DNA of 63,707 nt, filler included, from Hyphochytrium catenoides (Eukaryota; Protista; Hyphochytriomycota): NCBI GenBank assembly GCA_900088475.1. It is 7 parts of 7 records of this genome, joined end to end, with 100 filler letters (N's around TTAATTAATTAA, not from the genome) between each part and the next. Parts side by side here need not be neighbours in the genome. Positions count along the whole stretch, not along the records: positions 21,434 to 30,504 come from FLMG01002263.1; positions 30,605 to 41,095 come from FLMG01004372.1; 5 more parts are not named here. One strand, written 5' to 3'. Below are positions 21,813 to 35,200 of the stretch, piece by piece. Both the position numbers and the translations under genes were made by a program. The first letter of the stretch is position 1. The number at the start of each line of letters is the position of its first letter. The notes beneath the pieces were generated by a model. The model did not search any database, was not told the origin of the DNA, and saw nothing but the letters and a program-made list of their open reading frames with translations.

Positions 21813-22842
21813 CTAGTCCTCTTCGACCTTTGACCTCACTCGTTCAAGAAGATTCTTCATCACATTCTTCATCACGGGCTGCCCCTTTCGAGTCCGCTTG
21901 GAAATCTGGCGGTGTCGCTGTTTTCTTTCCTGTAGCTTTCGTTCTCTCTCAGCCTTCGCTTTCTCTGCCTCCTCTTTTCTTTGAGCATCCTCTTGTTTCT
22001 TTTCTGCTGCAACTCTTTTCGCCTTGAATAGTGGGTCAGGGCGCCGCTGCTTCTCCTTCTTTGACTTCTTGGAAGAGTTCAGCTGGCTACCATCAGGTCC
22101 AGCGCCTCCGGAAGAGCTTATCACTCTCTCTGACCCTGTACCTTTGCGCTCCTATAATGGAAAGCGAGAGAGCAACAGACGCCCCCCAAATAGTAGTGGA
22201 ATATAAAAATGGATGCCCTAAACCCAATAGCGGACGGAGTGAGACGGTGATAAAGGGCTTTACCTCGTCGTCTTGATCTTTTGATGTACTTGTTGATCCA
22301 TCCCCTTCCTTGTCCTTCAGTTTCTTGTACGCCCGGATAACGGCGGCCTTTTCATAGAACTCACGCTTGCGTTCTAGTTGGACGTGAGGGAAAGAAAGCT
22401 GTCAAGCACTGAAGAGGCTTATAGCGTTGGTCACAATATGAAATGAACTCAAGTCGCCAGAATTTGATCATCTCCATTCTGTCCTCGACATTTATCAGTC
22501 ACTGTACCATCATCTACTTAGCTTTCTGTTTCCCCTCATGTTTCTTCCTCCGCTATCTCCGTTTCTCTCTCTCCTCTCCTCTCCTCTCGTCTCGTCTCGC
22601 TCTCTCTTTCTTCCTCTCCCCTCGCTCTCTTTCGCTCCCTTTTCCTCTCCCCTCTCTTCTTTCTCTCCTCTGTTCTTTTTCTCTTGTTCTTCGTTGACAT
22701 CCCTTCATTGAGTTGGCTCCTCCCCTTCACTTCCTCTATTGTTCCCTTGCATCTTGAACGTACTTAGTCTGGCATGGTGGGCCCTCCCAGTTGTGTTCCT
22801 CCCGCTAACGAAGCGCTGAATGCTTAGTCCCGAGCCGCTCAT
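21813..22842 (-). CDS. rRNA-processing protein, FYV7/CCDC59(TAP26)-like family
   Basis: Exons 22842-22764, 22373-22264 and 22151-21813 splice in frame (175 aa): MSGSGLSIQRFVSGR...KRKREFYEKAAVIRAYKKL... charged coiled coil, then the C-terminal signature KRTRKGQPVMKNVMKNLLERV. Confidence 0.82.
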
Positions 22843-23339
22843 CGATCTCACGATCTGTCCCTACTCTCTACTATTAAGGGTGCGCGAGACTGGACCAAAA
22901 AGCCAGGACACCGCCAGGCAGATGAATCCTGAAAGAAGTCTTCCGGCTCGATAACAAGTGAGACCGACCAGCCAGAGATAGCGACCAGTACCACGTGGCA
23001 AGTGGAGCAGAGGTCTAGGGCTCTGTCTATGACCGAAAAGATTGTCATCCACGCTGCAAACCTTCCTCCTTCCACCGCGCGCACTCCTTCCTCCTCCTCT
23101 TATGAGCAGTTGTTGCTACTTCTCATTCACTTTCTCCCCTGGCTTCACTTCCTCCTTCCTCCTTCCTCCCTACCACCCAAAAGGACAATCCCTCCTTGTC
23201 CATTCCTGGAGGATGTCTAGACTATTCCTGGGGGAGTACTCGTATGTTCCGGGGGGTGATCTGGAATGGGTAACGGACCCGTGAAGTAGGAGGAGGAAGG
23301 AACTGATCAACAGAAAATGATAAGCCATTGAGTGATCCA

Positions 23340-23640
23340 AGGGAGGAGGAGAGGAGAGAGAGCGGGAAAGGAGAGCAGAGGAGAGAAAAATGAGAGAAGA
23401 GAGGAGAGAGGGAAAGAGAGAAAAAGAGAGGGGAGGAAGAGTGAGAGAGAATGGAGAAGAGAGGGAGGGAAAAGGGAAGAGAGAGGAGATACAGAGGACA
23501 GAGAGAGGGGAAAGAGAGAGGAAGAGGGAGTGAGAGCATGGAACTGAGAATGAGAGAGAGAGAGAGAGACTGAGTAGGCTATAGTTTACTGAGCAGTAGA
23601 AGTGACACAGGGAGAGAGAGAGAAAAGAGAATGACAGCAA
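23340..23640 (+). repeat. GA-rich low-complexity tract (similar CT/GA tracts at ~3709-3830, 15510-15670, 22550-22690, 41220-41350, 61065-61092)
   Basis: Read directly; these tracts produce many spurious S/L- or R/E-rich ORFs. Confidence 0.85.
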
Positions 23641-23985
23641 AGAGGAAGCGTGCGTTGAGAGGAGAATGGCAGAGTGAGGTAGTTGGCATAAGAAAAAAGT
23701 TGATGACAAGAAAGATGCAATGGAAGTCAAGCCAGGACCAAGAAGAGGCCGCTCAAGCAGACACCATTAGTGCTTAGTGTAAGCTTTGCAAGTGGAAGAA
23801 GACTGTCTTCGTCATAGAAGAGAGGATAGAGCCTGGCTTTGATCGCGCATGCTAAGTACTTCAAAGGACGGCGACCCGTTCGAATCTTGGAGCGTCTAGC
23901 TCTGGTCGTCCGCCAGGCGAGAGATGCACTGTGATTGAGGGCCAAGAGCCTCTGGGCTAGTTGAACAGCGCTGAGTGGTCTTACG

Positions 23986-26900
23986 ATGGCAGGCAGAGGT
24001 ATGACGGGTCAAAAGCGGACGTAAACACTTCAGAACATGACTGAAACCATTGTGCCCTAGATAACTCCTACGGGAGCGTACGCTTCACGATTCGGATTGA
24101 CCTACAGCTGGGCCCTGAAGGGCTGACCAAGCCTTACTTTCGCTACAGATTTAGTGGCTCGAATGTCACGACAACAGTGAGCCAAGCTAGCTTCACCTCT
24201 CGTCCCTCTCTCTAACAACTAGCACCTTGTCCTTAAACCCTTCTCTTTGACCAGAATTTAACGTCTTCTCATAGTCTACTTCACTTTCTTCACATAGTGT
24301 ACACTTCTTTCAACAGTGTTATCACGTCTTCTCTACTCACGCCATCGCCTCCATAGCCTGTAGGTGAGGCAGGCTGGGACGCGGGTACACAAGACGGCTC
24401 CTACTCTTACTCGAAGTCCTGGGAAGGTGTAGAAGTTACGGATTCATTCCTCCATCAACTCAATGAAAGGCCCCTCCTCTCTTTCTGGCTGGCAGACAGG
24501 GCAGAAGGGAGCCTTGCCACCGTTGTCAACCCCTATGAGTGAGAGCTCCACCTACCACCATCGTCTATTTGCTCCTAGCTCTCGCGGGTCTTTTCACTTC
24601 GTGCCTTTACTTTTTCAATGAAACGTCTATACCGGACTGCCCCTTGAAAGAGACAGGCGCCTTCTTGTTCCCTCTTTCCTCTGTTGACTTTCTCTCTCCT
24701 ACGTGAAGCTTATACATCTTGTCCCTAACTGTCCGTTGATCTTTCTCGTCAGTGCCGGCGGGACCTTGGCCAAGAGAGTTGGCAGAACATATCTCGCTCT
24801 CTTTTTCCTGGACACCGCTTCACTGCTTGGTGGAGACCTGGAAGCTGTTTTGCAGGCCAAGGAAGGAGAAGGAGGAGAGCCCATTGAAGCTGCCTTTGGC
24901 TCAACGAAGGGTGCGTTAATGAAAAATAAAGCTATACTCTCTTTGTGTCCTACCCTAGCTGCTATTTTCTCTTCCCCTCTTCCTTCTCCGTCCATAGTGT
25001 TGATCTTTCAGCCATTAGATTACTATCCAGATGCGCCGCCTTCCGTGTTCTTCCTCTCCAGCGGCTCTCAGCCTTTTCTAACATGTTCCTTCCTCTTCCC
25101 GTCATAGGACTAAGGTCTATCAAGTTCTCGCTATGTTCCTCTGAGCCCATCATGGGACCTGAGGCTCTCACACATTGGAATCCGCTGACAGTAGAGGTGC
25201 TCAAAGTTGAACGTCTACCCGGGATCATTGAGAAGAACAGCGGCGCCGCTTCTCCCGCTTCTTTTTCTCTTCAGCAAAAGCACTGTCTCCCTGTCTTTTG
25301 CGTTTTGCACTCTCCAGGGAACAAGTTCTCTTCGCGCGCAGCTGTCTCTACGTTCCATTCCTTCGTAGGTCCAAACACCTCTTCTGGTCTCTCCCTTTAT
25401 CCATTCATGCTGTGCCTCATAAGACTCTTTTTGAGAGTTTATTGTGTCTCCTTTCTCTTCCTTCGTGTGCTTGGCTTCAACCTGTACGTGTACTTCTCTC
25501 TCTCTCCCCGTTTCTGTGTGTGTCTCTCTCTCTGTCTCACTCTCTCTCTCTCTTCGCTCTTCCCTTGGTCCCTGAACGCTTACTACTCCAATTCCTCTGT
25601 CGGCACTGTTTACACTCCGTCCTTACTGATCCGTCCTTACTGATGCTCTTTCTCCTTGACAGGGCAAAAACTTGAAACTGAACTATCGTACAGTCTTTCT
25701 GACAATGAAACTGTCCGACGAGGACTTAATTGATGCGTTTCAGAGCTTTCCCTTAGACGTAGAGGTCCATGATCGTGATTGTAAGCTTTCAGAGAAGGAA
25801 CAGAGAGAGATTGTGACCAGATGGGAGCAGATGATAGTAGGTAAGGCCACAAGGCGTCTGTGCTATCTTAATTCTCTTTCTCTCCCTTTGCCCGTTTAGC
25901 ATCTGCAGTCCTCCTCTCTCCAGCGCCGTTCCCTAGCTCCAGTCTCGTTGAGTTTGCTTCAACCTATGCGATTCTCTACGATTGCTACCTCTTTGCACTT
26001 CCGCTAGCTCACAGTTGCCCTTCAGGTTACACCTCTGGAGACACGGGGTCATCCAACGACCTCCAGTCCTCGGGGTCTGATCGACACATTGGCACCCCTA
26101 AGGATGTCTTTACGGTGGACGAGGAAGCCGAAAAAGAGATCAGAGACAGGCTGGAAAAAGGAGGAAACAACTTCTCTCATGCCGTCGCCAGCTTTAGGTT
26201 AACAGAGCTTGTACAGAAGGTTCTCTAGGCACCGCCCTTCTTGCTCTCCAGGCTTCACGTCTCATCCTGTCTTTGGTCTCTTCTTCCTTGTACCCTAGGA
26301 ATACGGAGCTGGTCCCCATAAGTATGTAGAAGAAGCTGCACCAAGGAAGAAGCGAGTGGTGCCAAGAGATTCTGAGGAAGATTTTGGTCTTACACAGGTG
26401 CTGCTCCTGAACATGAAGAGACAGGGAATAAGCTCTTTCTCTTTCTCACCTCCACAGCGCTTTCTCTCTTTTCTCCTATGTCTCTTTTTTGGCAGTGTCT
26501 GTCTCTGTCCTGATCCCTTTGACTAACTGCAGATCTAAAGCTACGCTGACGCTTATGCCATTCTCCCACCTCTCTTTCACACTCGACACTTTGGTGTCTG
26601 CATATTGTTCGCACCGCCTAACCCCTGGCGCTTCCGCCTCTTTCTTCCCTTCTCATCCTGGCTTGGTTATCGACTCTCGATTGTCCTATTAGGAGCAGCG
26701 TCTAGTACGGCAGACAGGGTCCTATTTAGATGCAAGGACATCGGTCAGCATTCGCGTTAGCATTCACCGCAGTCCTCAGCTTCCAGCTGCAGGGCGGCAA
26801 GGAGGGACCAAGCGGTTCAACAGATTCTTCTTGATGTTCCGTTATAGAGATGTGGCTCTCCTCTCCGCCTTATCTGCTCTTCTTGAAGAGGTTAACAAGG

Positions 26901-29603
26901 CGGCTCTGGGGTCTGGTGTGAGCTTACGGTCCTATAAGCTGTCGGAAGAGGAGAGGAAACGAGCCGAGGAGGGTAGGCTTGATATTGTGACAGGCTTTCA
27001 GGTACGTGAAGCTCTACCTTCCACCATTTCTACTTTCTTTGGGCACTCGTCTCCTTGGCTATGAGCCACATTCAGCAGAGGTGACAGTGGGGGCTTGCTA
27101 AACAACGAACACTTACCTCTCGTCGTCCTTAACGACACAATAGCCTCATCCTAACCCTCTCTTACCTCACTGCACCTTATGCACGGAGCTCACATCCGCT
27201 TTTTCTCCCTTGTACTTCAAGATTATCGATGCAGACTACCGAATGTTCTTTCTGGAGGGAGTAGCAGGGAAATCTATCAGGAAACTGCAGGAGAGACTTC
27301 GTCCACAGCATATAAACAACGCTGACAGTCGATGTCTCTCTGACCTGTCCATCACCTTTTCGGAACGACTCTACTCCTTCTTTGACGTGGACGTGAAGAG
27401 GATCAAGCTTAGAGAGCCGCTGCCGGAGCTGATTACACGGCCTGATATTTATAATAGAGCAGTGGTGAGCCATCAGTGCTTCGAGGCGCTTTCGAAGCTC
27501 GCTACCGCAAGAAAGGTAAGAGGAGTGATAGCAGGGACTTGCAAAACCTAAGCCTTGTGTCTCTCCGCTTGATCTCCCTCCCTTCTCTCTCCTCCATACT
27601 CTCACCCTCTTTCCTCCCTTTGTCTTCGATCCACTCACCTCTCCATCCTACATCTCTCCGCTCTGTTCATCATCATCTTGGGCTAGTGGGGGAAGGATAT
27701 GGCAAACTCTATCACTTACCCAACTTCTTCTCGCCCGTGTGGCATCATTATCTAAAGCTCCTGCTCTGCCGTGCCCACTAGCTCGATCGTTTAGTAGAGG
27801 CGAAACTGGCGGACATCTTCCCCTCGGTTTCGATGCTGTTAGAGGTAGAAAGCAAATACGGAGAGAGTATCTCCTTAGAGGATATTGACGGCTCTCAACG
27901 AGAGAGAAGGGGGCGAGGAAAGCAGCATGAGAGCCCTGTATCCCCTACCAAGAGTGATGTGGCTCCTAGCTTTCAGGGTGGCGCCGGAGAGTCAGAAGGG
28001 AGTGAGAACCAGAGCGGACAACCACAAGATGCCAAGAGGAGAGCGAGAAATGCGATGGAAACTGATTGCTGGAACCCTGCGTTTGAAGCAGCGGTCAGAA
28101 GTAGAGAACCTAAGGATTATTTGGCAGAAATAAGGTTCGAATCTCCTCGCCTTGCTTCTGAGTTCAACATGGTCTATGTCCGTCCAAGCATTGGTGCGCC
28201 GACCCTTTTGCTAAGCGGCTCTCCCTATGGTCCTGGTCGTCAAGGGTATCCTGGACTCTCACATTATGAGCTTCTTTACCGCAGACAACTTCAAGAGCTT
28301 GACCGCGAGGCAGCCGAGAGGAGAAAGGAGGCACAGCGAAGAGAAGCGGAGAGCTATGATGGGCCAGTTTATATTTATAGTGGACAGAAGCTGCAGGTTA
28401 GACCCTCATCTCTTCAGCCTTTCGTGCTCCTTCCATTCCTCCGAAGGTAGCCCTTTGCCGCGTATAGTGTTGCCCTGATATATATCGCCCCACCGTCATT
28501 CAATCTGGCATACGGCCATCTTGCTTGCCTCTGTATCCTTGACTGTGCATGACTCTTTGCCATCCTGCAGTACTCAGAGATGAAGAAGGCTGAAATGCGA
28601 GAAAAGTTGAGCAAGGACAAGAAGGCCACATACACATACAGTCAGGAGTTGCAGTCACTCACCGTTGAGCTGATTGATCCTGACAGGGTGGCGAGAGAGG
28701 AAGAACAGGCCAGCAAAGAAAGGTGGATGACTGACAGAGGTTTTGTCTATCCTGCTCCCAGACCAACTGAGGTAAGCTAAAGATATTAAATGAGAAAGCA
28801 GAATCTATCTTTTGTCGATTGGACGAATGTGGAGCTAACGGCGCCCTTGTTACTCTTCCTTCCCCATGCGGCTTCAGGAATATGTGAAGCATCCAAAGCA
28901 GGTGAGCCAGTCCCGCCGTGAGGAGCTCCAACAGCCCTGGGAAGAGAATGCATACCATCCAAAGCCCGTAGAAAGGGATGCCAACGGACCCGAGAAGAAG
29001 TTCGACACCATCCCTTCGAAAGAGGCGCTCTTCGGATACGTGGATGCCAGCGGCAGGCAGCACCCAGAATTCTTTAAATCTGTCCACCTGACAGGAGAAG
29101 GGCTAGAGATCGAAAGAGCAGCGACAAGAAAGAAGGAAGAGGACGAATGGAGAGCTAAGCTCGTGGTAGATGATGAGAGCTTCTACCCCCATGGAAACAC
29201 TCAAAATGCCGCTCTTCACCGTCCGACCCAGCTGGATAGGCGGAAGGACATTCTCGACGGAGCCGCAAAAAAGAAAGCCCTTCGCATTGTCCGCAATGCT
29301 TCACTTCCCAGTGGGAAGAGAGTCCCTATGGAGCCGGTCCCCGCGTCCATCACCAGCACGGGTCTTTATGAGAGTCCAGCTTCCTTCACAAGTGGACTTA
29401 GGAAGGACGAACCAGCACTGCTGCTGGGCGTGGATAGTTCGACCGGGAGGGCTCAAGACTTTGTCCGCTATATTCGCCGAGATGAGTTCGTTCCTCGCTC
29501 TCAGACGCTACGGTCCAAACATTCAATTCTGCCATTGAAGCCAGAGGAGCGCGTGGGAGCCAAGTGGCTGTCTAAGTACATTGATGACCCAGGCAAGACC
29601 TAA
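23986..29603 (+). CDS. CFAP92/KIAA1257-like cilia- and flagella-associated protein (multi-exon)
   Basis: About 14 exons splice in frame at GT..AG sites. Recognised segments: WNPLTVEVLKVERLPG..CLPVFC, FPLDVEVHDRD, HAVASFRLTEL, GSYLDARTSVSIRV, LDIVTGFQIID, VYIYSGQKLQY, WMTDRGFVYP, ELQQPWEEN. Ends TAA at 29603. The start codon is inferred. Confidence 0.75.
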
Positions 29604-30504
29604 TATCTAAACGTAACAAAGCTTGACGACGCCACGTCCACTACTTAGCTTGCCCTTTTAGCACACTCTCCCATGGTGCGAGAGGTCTATGGACTGTCTT
29701 ACTTACAGGGCAAGAGGAATCTCATAAGTCGTTAGACGTTAGAGTAGCACCAAGTCTGCTCGTCCATGACACCTCGTCTCTCTTTGGGTGCACTGTCTAC
29801 TGATATATAGGGAGACAATGCCCTCCACTGGATTAGGAGCTAGAGCTACTCCATGTGGCATCCCGTGCCAGAGGACATATACTCTAGAATGAAGCAGCTG
29901 CTGGATGGTCATTACCCGGGGCATTTAAATGGATGGCGTCCAGTTAGCCATCACCTCATCCGGGGGCCTTTCCCTTGGGGTGGAGCAGAAATATACCCTG
30001 ATACATCTTACGCACCTTTACCAGTCACTGCGCCGTCGATGAGGAGGACGAGAGACGACTGTGGCGCCAGCAAGTGAGTCAATTTATCAGATTAGCCGTT
30101 AAGGTACCCTTCGTGTTCTCTTCGCGTATGACACGCCATGACTTCTATCGCTGCCGACTCACCATACAAACATTCAACAGTGAAAAATAGGTGAAATGAC
30201 TCTGAGCCCGACAACAAACGCGATGGCCTTGCGGTCATAGCCGTGCCTGGATGGAGCTTACATGCCAGTGTTCTGCCATAGCGTCACAGGCGCGCACGGA
30301 GACTGGAGACTGGAGACTGCAGCGAGAACCTCATCGCCCGCTGCTGCTGGAAGGACGGACATCAGAAGATCAGAAGAAATTGCCAAGAGAAAGAGATAGG
30401 AGGCACCCCAGACCTACCCCTGGAGCTCCCCACTTGAGAGGCCCCAACCCACGGTTCTGGATTCGCATCATCATCTCCTTCCTCCGCTCTCTCTCTCTCT
30501 CTCT

Positions 30505-30604
30505 NNNNNNNNNNNNNNNNNNNNNNNNNNNNNNNNNNNNNNNNNNNNTTAATTAATTAANNNNNNNNNNNNNNNNNNNNNNNNNNNNNNNNNNNNNNNN
30601 NNNN
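30505..30604. other. Assembly linker gap
   Basis: N44-TTAATTAATTAA-N44. Confidence 0.97.
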
Positions 30605-32273
30605 TAGCCCCTCCAAAGATTCAACAAATAGTTTGACAAACTGCAGCCCTACAAGGTTACACCAAGCCTCAAACGTCTTAAAGTTGCTCTCCTTCAGACA
30701 ACCAATTCTGATAGCCGGCATAGACACATCAAAAAATGCCTGTGCTGAAAGAAGTTGAGAAGCCACAAACTACCAAACGTCAAGCTTCTGCTTGGATCTT
30801 TCAGTAGAGAATTTTGACTATGCTATCCTTCCTCTTTCATTCGTGTCGGGGGTCTCTTTTTATAGCTCGTCGCCCTTCTCTCTTGCGTCCTCATTCACTC
30901 TATCTTTCTCGATGGCTCTCTCCCTTTTAAGGGCCAGTGTTGGATCTTTCACTTACTATCAATATCTGGCGTCTCCTGGAAGGCGTCATGGCACACTCCT
31001 ATGACAGCAACCTTCTAGGTTTAACGCTGCTGTTGACCTCTGAGGTAGCGCACATTTCGTGACTGAAAAGTGGTTAGTAGGGTGGTGACAAGATGATGAG
31101 CAGCTCGTGAATTGGCGATTGCCCAGATGCCCGTCTCAACCTTACACAATAGGAAGGGCAAAAGCCGTCTCTCCCTTGTGCCAAGTACTATTGACCTAAC
31201 TAGGGACAACCTTACAGCGGAGTCTGGCTCAAGATTGCATTAACCAAAGTTGGGTGCTGCAGTCACGAGCTGAGGGGTATCGTGTAGGCTCAAACCCAGA
31301 TGCAAACATTTGGCAATTCATCATTACGATGGGAGAATCTTCAGTACGTACCAGCCGCTATAGGCCATAACATTGGAGATTTGTGCTTCAATCACTTTAG
31401 ATGACAGGCAGACTAATCCCTAGCTGGGCAGAAGACTTCTCTCTTCTGCTTCCAACGTTAAGCGACATTAGACCTCCGTCGATAACTGTAACACGCCTTC
31501 GTTTACTGGAATCTGTCTTCCGCCATCCAGATTGTCTTATCTTGAATCGCCCTCTACCGAACAATCTGCTGAACCTCCTCGCCGATTGTATACTTCTAAG
31601 CGAACGTCATCAAATAATGAAGATTGGTAAAGAAGAAGAGAATCGCAGTAGTGGGCGTGTTTCAGCTCCCTCCCTCCCTGTCAACATCTGAATGATGGGT
31701 GTTACAAGTGGTTCATAGTAATCGATAAATATAGCTTTCTATTGGTTCTTGAATGATCTAGTTTACAGTAGTTCTGCCTCATCTGCCCTATTAAAGATAA
31801 AGGGGTAGATCAGTGCGTTTATCCTTGATCAAGACGGAAGATGTTTGCGATTCGCTCTGGTTGACAAAGGGAAAGTGGTTACAACCCTAAAAGGACGAAT
31901 CGCCGAAACAAATGAAGGATAGAGTTATCCTCTTCTTGCTTCCTGCCTCCGCACCTTCGCTTTGCCTGTCCAGACGACTTGATTGGAGCTCTCAATGGCA
32001 CCAGCAGCGGCTCTATCTAGGGATGAACGCCGCCCGGCCGCAGCTTAGGGATGATCGCCGGCCGCAGTTCCTGCCGCAGGGCGGACTAAACGATTAGACA
32101 GTAAGCGTTATGATCATTCACCGTCATGGTAAGATGGACACTGTGTAGGATGTCACGTTCTAACTCTGAAATATGCGGCCCCAAAACCATTAGCTGGCCG
32201 ATGAACAGCCACGCTCCCAGAAGACTATCATCTAGACATTTGTAAGATCCATCAGCCTCAGCGGTCAAGAAGC

Positions 32274-35200
32274 ATGGCACTAGAGTCAGCTAGAAGGTCC
32301 TCGCTTGAGACTTGGCAATCGATGCAAGCAGAGACGAGGCCGGACAGTCAAGGTGCAATTATGGAAGAGTCGCTCTCATCATCCCGATTGATTTCTAAAA
32401 TTTTGATCCACCTTCTAGACGACAGTGATAGCGGAACAGCTCCAGAGTGGGTCTTTAGTCAGCTTTGGAAGCAAAATGCCATACAGAAGTGCAAAGTGGG
32501 GATGCCTGACACGGTAAAAGTAGCCCAACTTGAATTTTTCTTGCTGTTAGGCTCACCTCGAGCGGTAACGATTATGCAGATTATTTTCGAAGATGGTCTC
32601 CCGAACCGTTGGTTATTTACCAACAGGGAGGGATTTATCTGTAAAAAGAAGGCCATGCAGAGTGCTGATATTCTAGAGCGGTTCCTCAGAGTGGCAGCGA
32701 CTAATCCAAGAGCGGACTCCGCAAAAATCGCTGTGCTGCGGTAAAGAGAGTTGACCATTCTCATGCGAGTTGCCTAACAGAGAGACCTGACTGACCTTTC
32801 TTTTCTATAGGTTTGTAAATGGTTCTCACCATGTCATAGGGGAAGAGGAGTTCCGCATTTTTATGAGTCACTGGCCGCGCCATGATATTCATATCGCTGC
32901 GCTACAGGTGGGTACTTCTATGGTTATCGAGTCCCAGAAAGAAGAAAAGAGTAAGTGTGGAAGGCTAGATCAAACTAATGTGTGCAAACCGCAGCCATAT
33001 GTACAGAGTAAAGGCGAGAACGGCACCGTCTACCTAAACCAATACACCGCAGTATTGACAGAAGAAGCTCAAGGGCTTTTGGCTAAACCTTTGCACTGCA
33101 CAGACAAGTTCGAAGGTGTTTACAAGCAAGCCGGCGAGGGGCGCACGTCCGATGTCTTCAAGGTTAGAAGCAGCAAGTGTCGACCATCACAAACTAGGTC
33201 CTCGGCTAATTTGCGGTGCTGACAGGAGAGAAACAAGTCCTTGGCGAGTAAGCTTAACTCAGACCTGGACTCGATCACAAATAATGTTGTGCGATACATC
33301 GAGTCCTTTAACCGCGTCAGGGTGAGGACGCTGTCGCTCGAGTATACAGTTGATGATGATGACCAGGTTCGTTAGTCAAAGCACCTCATGAAGTCCTTAT
33401 CAAATCCTTCATTTCAATTACTTGGGCTGACGTTTTCCGCCATTCAGATCTGGCTATTATGGTGCCGTGGAGTTACCCTTCAGCAGCTTGCAGGTATAGA
33501 GACCATTGAGAAAGGAGTCGGGCCAGAGCTACCAGCAGATGTAGCCTCCAAAGACCAACTGGAGCATTTGGAGGAGTCCCAACTAGTGACTCGGCAGATG
33601 GAAGATGCCATGAAAACTCTCGGCCGACCAGAGACTGCTTCTGCCCCAAGCCAGCCAAGTGGAAGTGGACCATCAGAAGGAGCTATGGCAAGGTAAGCTA
33701 ACTCTTTTTCAAAACGCCGCTGTGGAGTCACCCTATAATCCAGGATGACAGACAATTCTAACCTTTACGTTCTTTTGGCATGTGGGAAGGCGAGGCTTGA
33801 AGGGAACCGTGCGGAAACGGGACCGAAGGGTACAAAGTGACTCTATCGTGGTGGTAGAGGATACTGCTGCGGGGCAGCATGATGATCAAGAGGTGGCGAT
33901 AACCGTATCAGGAGACGGTCGAAAACACTTTCCGACGCCATTTCGGTGCTACGGAGACTATTGCTCCTACAAGCTCTCGGATCCTGCTTCCATCAAACAA
34001 AAGTTGATGCCTTCTCTAGCTTCAAGCCTTTTCTCCACAGAAGAGTGGCGGGATATTGGTAAGTGTTGGGTACGCCACCTCTCTGTGACAGCCACTGCTT
34101 GGAGTGTGACTTGATGGTCCCTCAATGTACATGTTTGTTCTATCTAGCTTCAGAGATGCAAGGCTACAATCCTCTTGAGCATGAAGAGATGTCCCCTAGA
34201 AAGGCGGGCCAATACTTTGCTACAATCACATACAAGAGCATCCTTCTGGCAAGAGAGGAACGTCGAGGACTAAATGAACAGCAAACGGTAACGCTAGCGC
34301 ACTCCATCTCGTCATCGTCACCTGCACTTACCCACTGCTACCCGGTTTATATTTCTTTTGTAGAGGCAACCTGAGTTTCTGCTTGGCTCAGAGGTAGGGA
34401 AAGACAGCAACAGACTGAGAGGCAAAGGAGTTGGGCAATCTCTCCTCAAGCAGACAGGTGATGCAGACTTTGGCGCTCGTTATATGCCTCTTCTAATCAG
34501 TCAGTGCACCTCATATGACTGGACAATATTGACTTCAATGTCCACTGAATCAACAGAGCTTACAGTCATGCGTTCGCAACAACGTCTTGCGCGTGAGGGG
34601 ACAACAGGGCTAGCAAACTACTACCGGCACGTGAAAGTGTGCGCTAATTGCTTCACGATATACTCTATTTTAGATAAGGCGCGAACTCTATTGCTGGTGA
34701 GAGTGCTACAGCGCATAGGTCTCCCTTATGCTCGTTGCCGTCATACTCTAATCGATTGAATGGGAACCTTCCCACCTCATGCAGCAAAAGTCTCTTCAGC
34801 GATCAGAGGAGGCTTCTTCAAAGAGTAGAATTAGGGCCATCCCAAAAGCCATTCACCCAAATCAAGAGAAGACTCCGGCGTCGCCGATAGTCTCATCCGG
34901 TAATAGTTCGAGAGATGGCTCTGTCCCTGATACGACGACAACAGTGGACAAGGGACCCATAGTTCTTGAACACGATAAAGAAAAGTTACCAGCCATCACC
35001 TCGCCCTCTGCCAACAAAGGTGAGTTTTCACGATATAGTGTGCACTCACATTACCAAACTCAAGAGGAGAGGCCATAACATGACCTTCAACTTGTAGGCC
35101 ACAGGCCTAATGGCAAGTATTTACGTTCCAACCCTCAGAACCTCATCAAGTCTCCAAAGGTGAGCCCAGTCTAAGCATCTTAAAAGGATGCCCTCACTAA

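Noticed and set aside
23868-23900. tRNA-like GTTCGAATC T-loop
   Set aside because: The flanks do not form a T-stem or cloverleaf.
29853-30077. 74-aa ORF downstream of the CFAP92-like gene
   Set aside because: Short, with an in-frame stop just upstream and no recognisable motif; not supportable.
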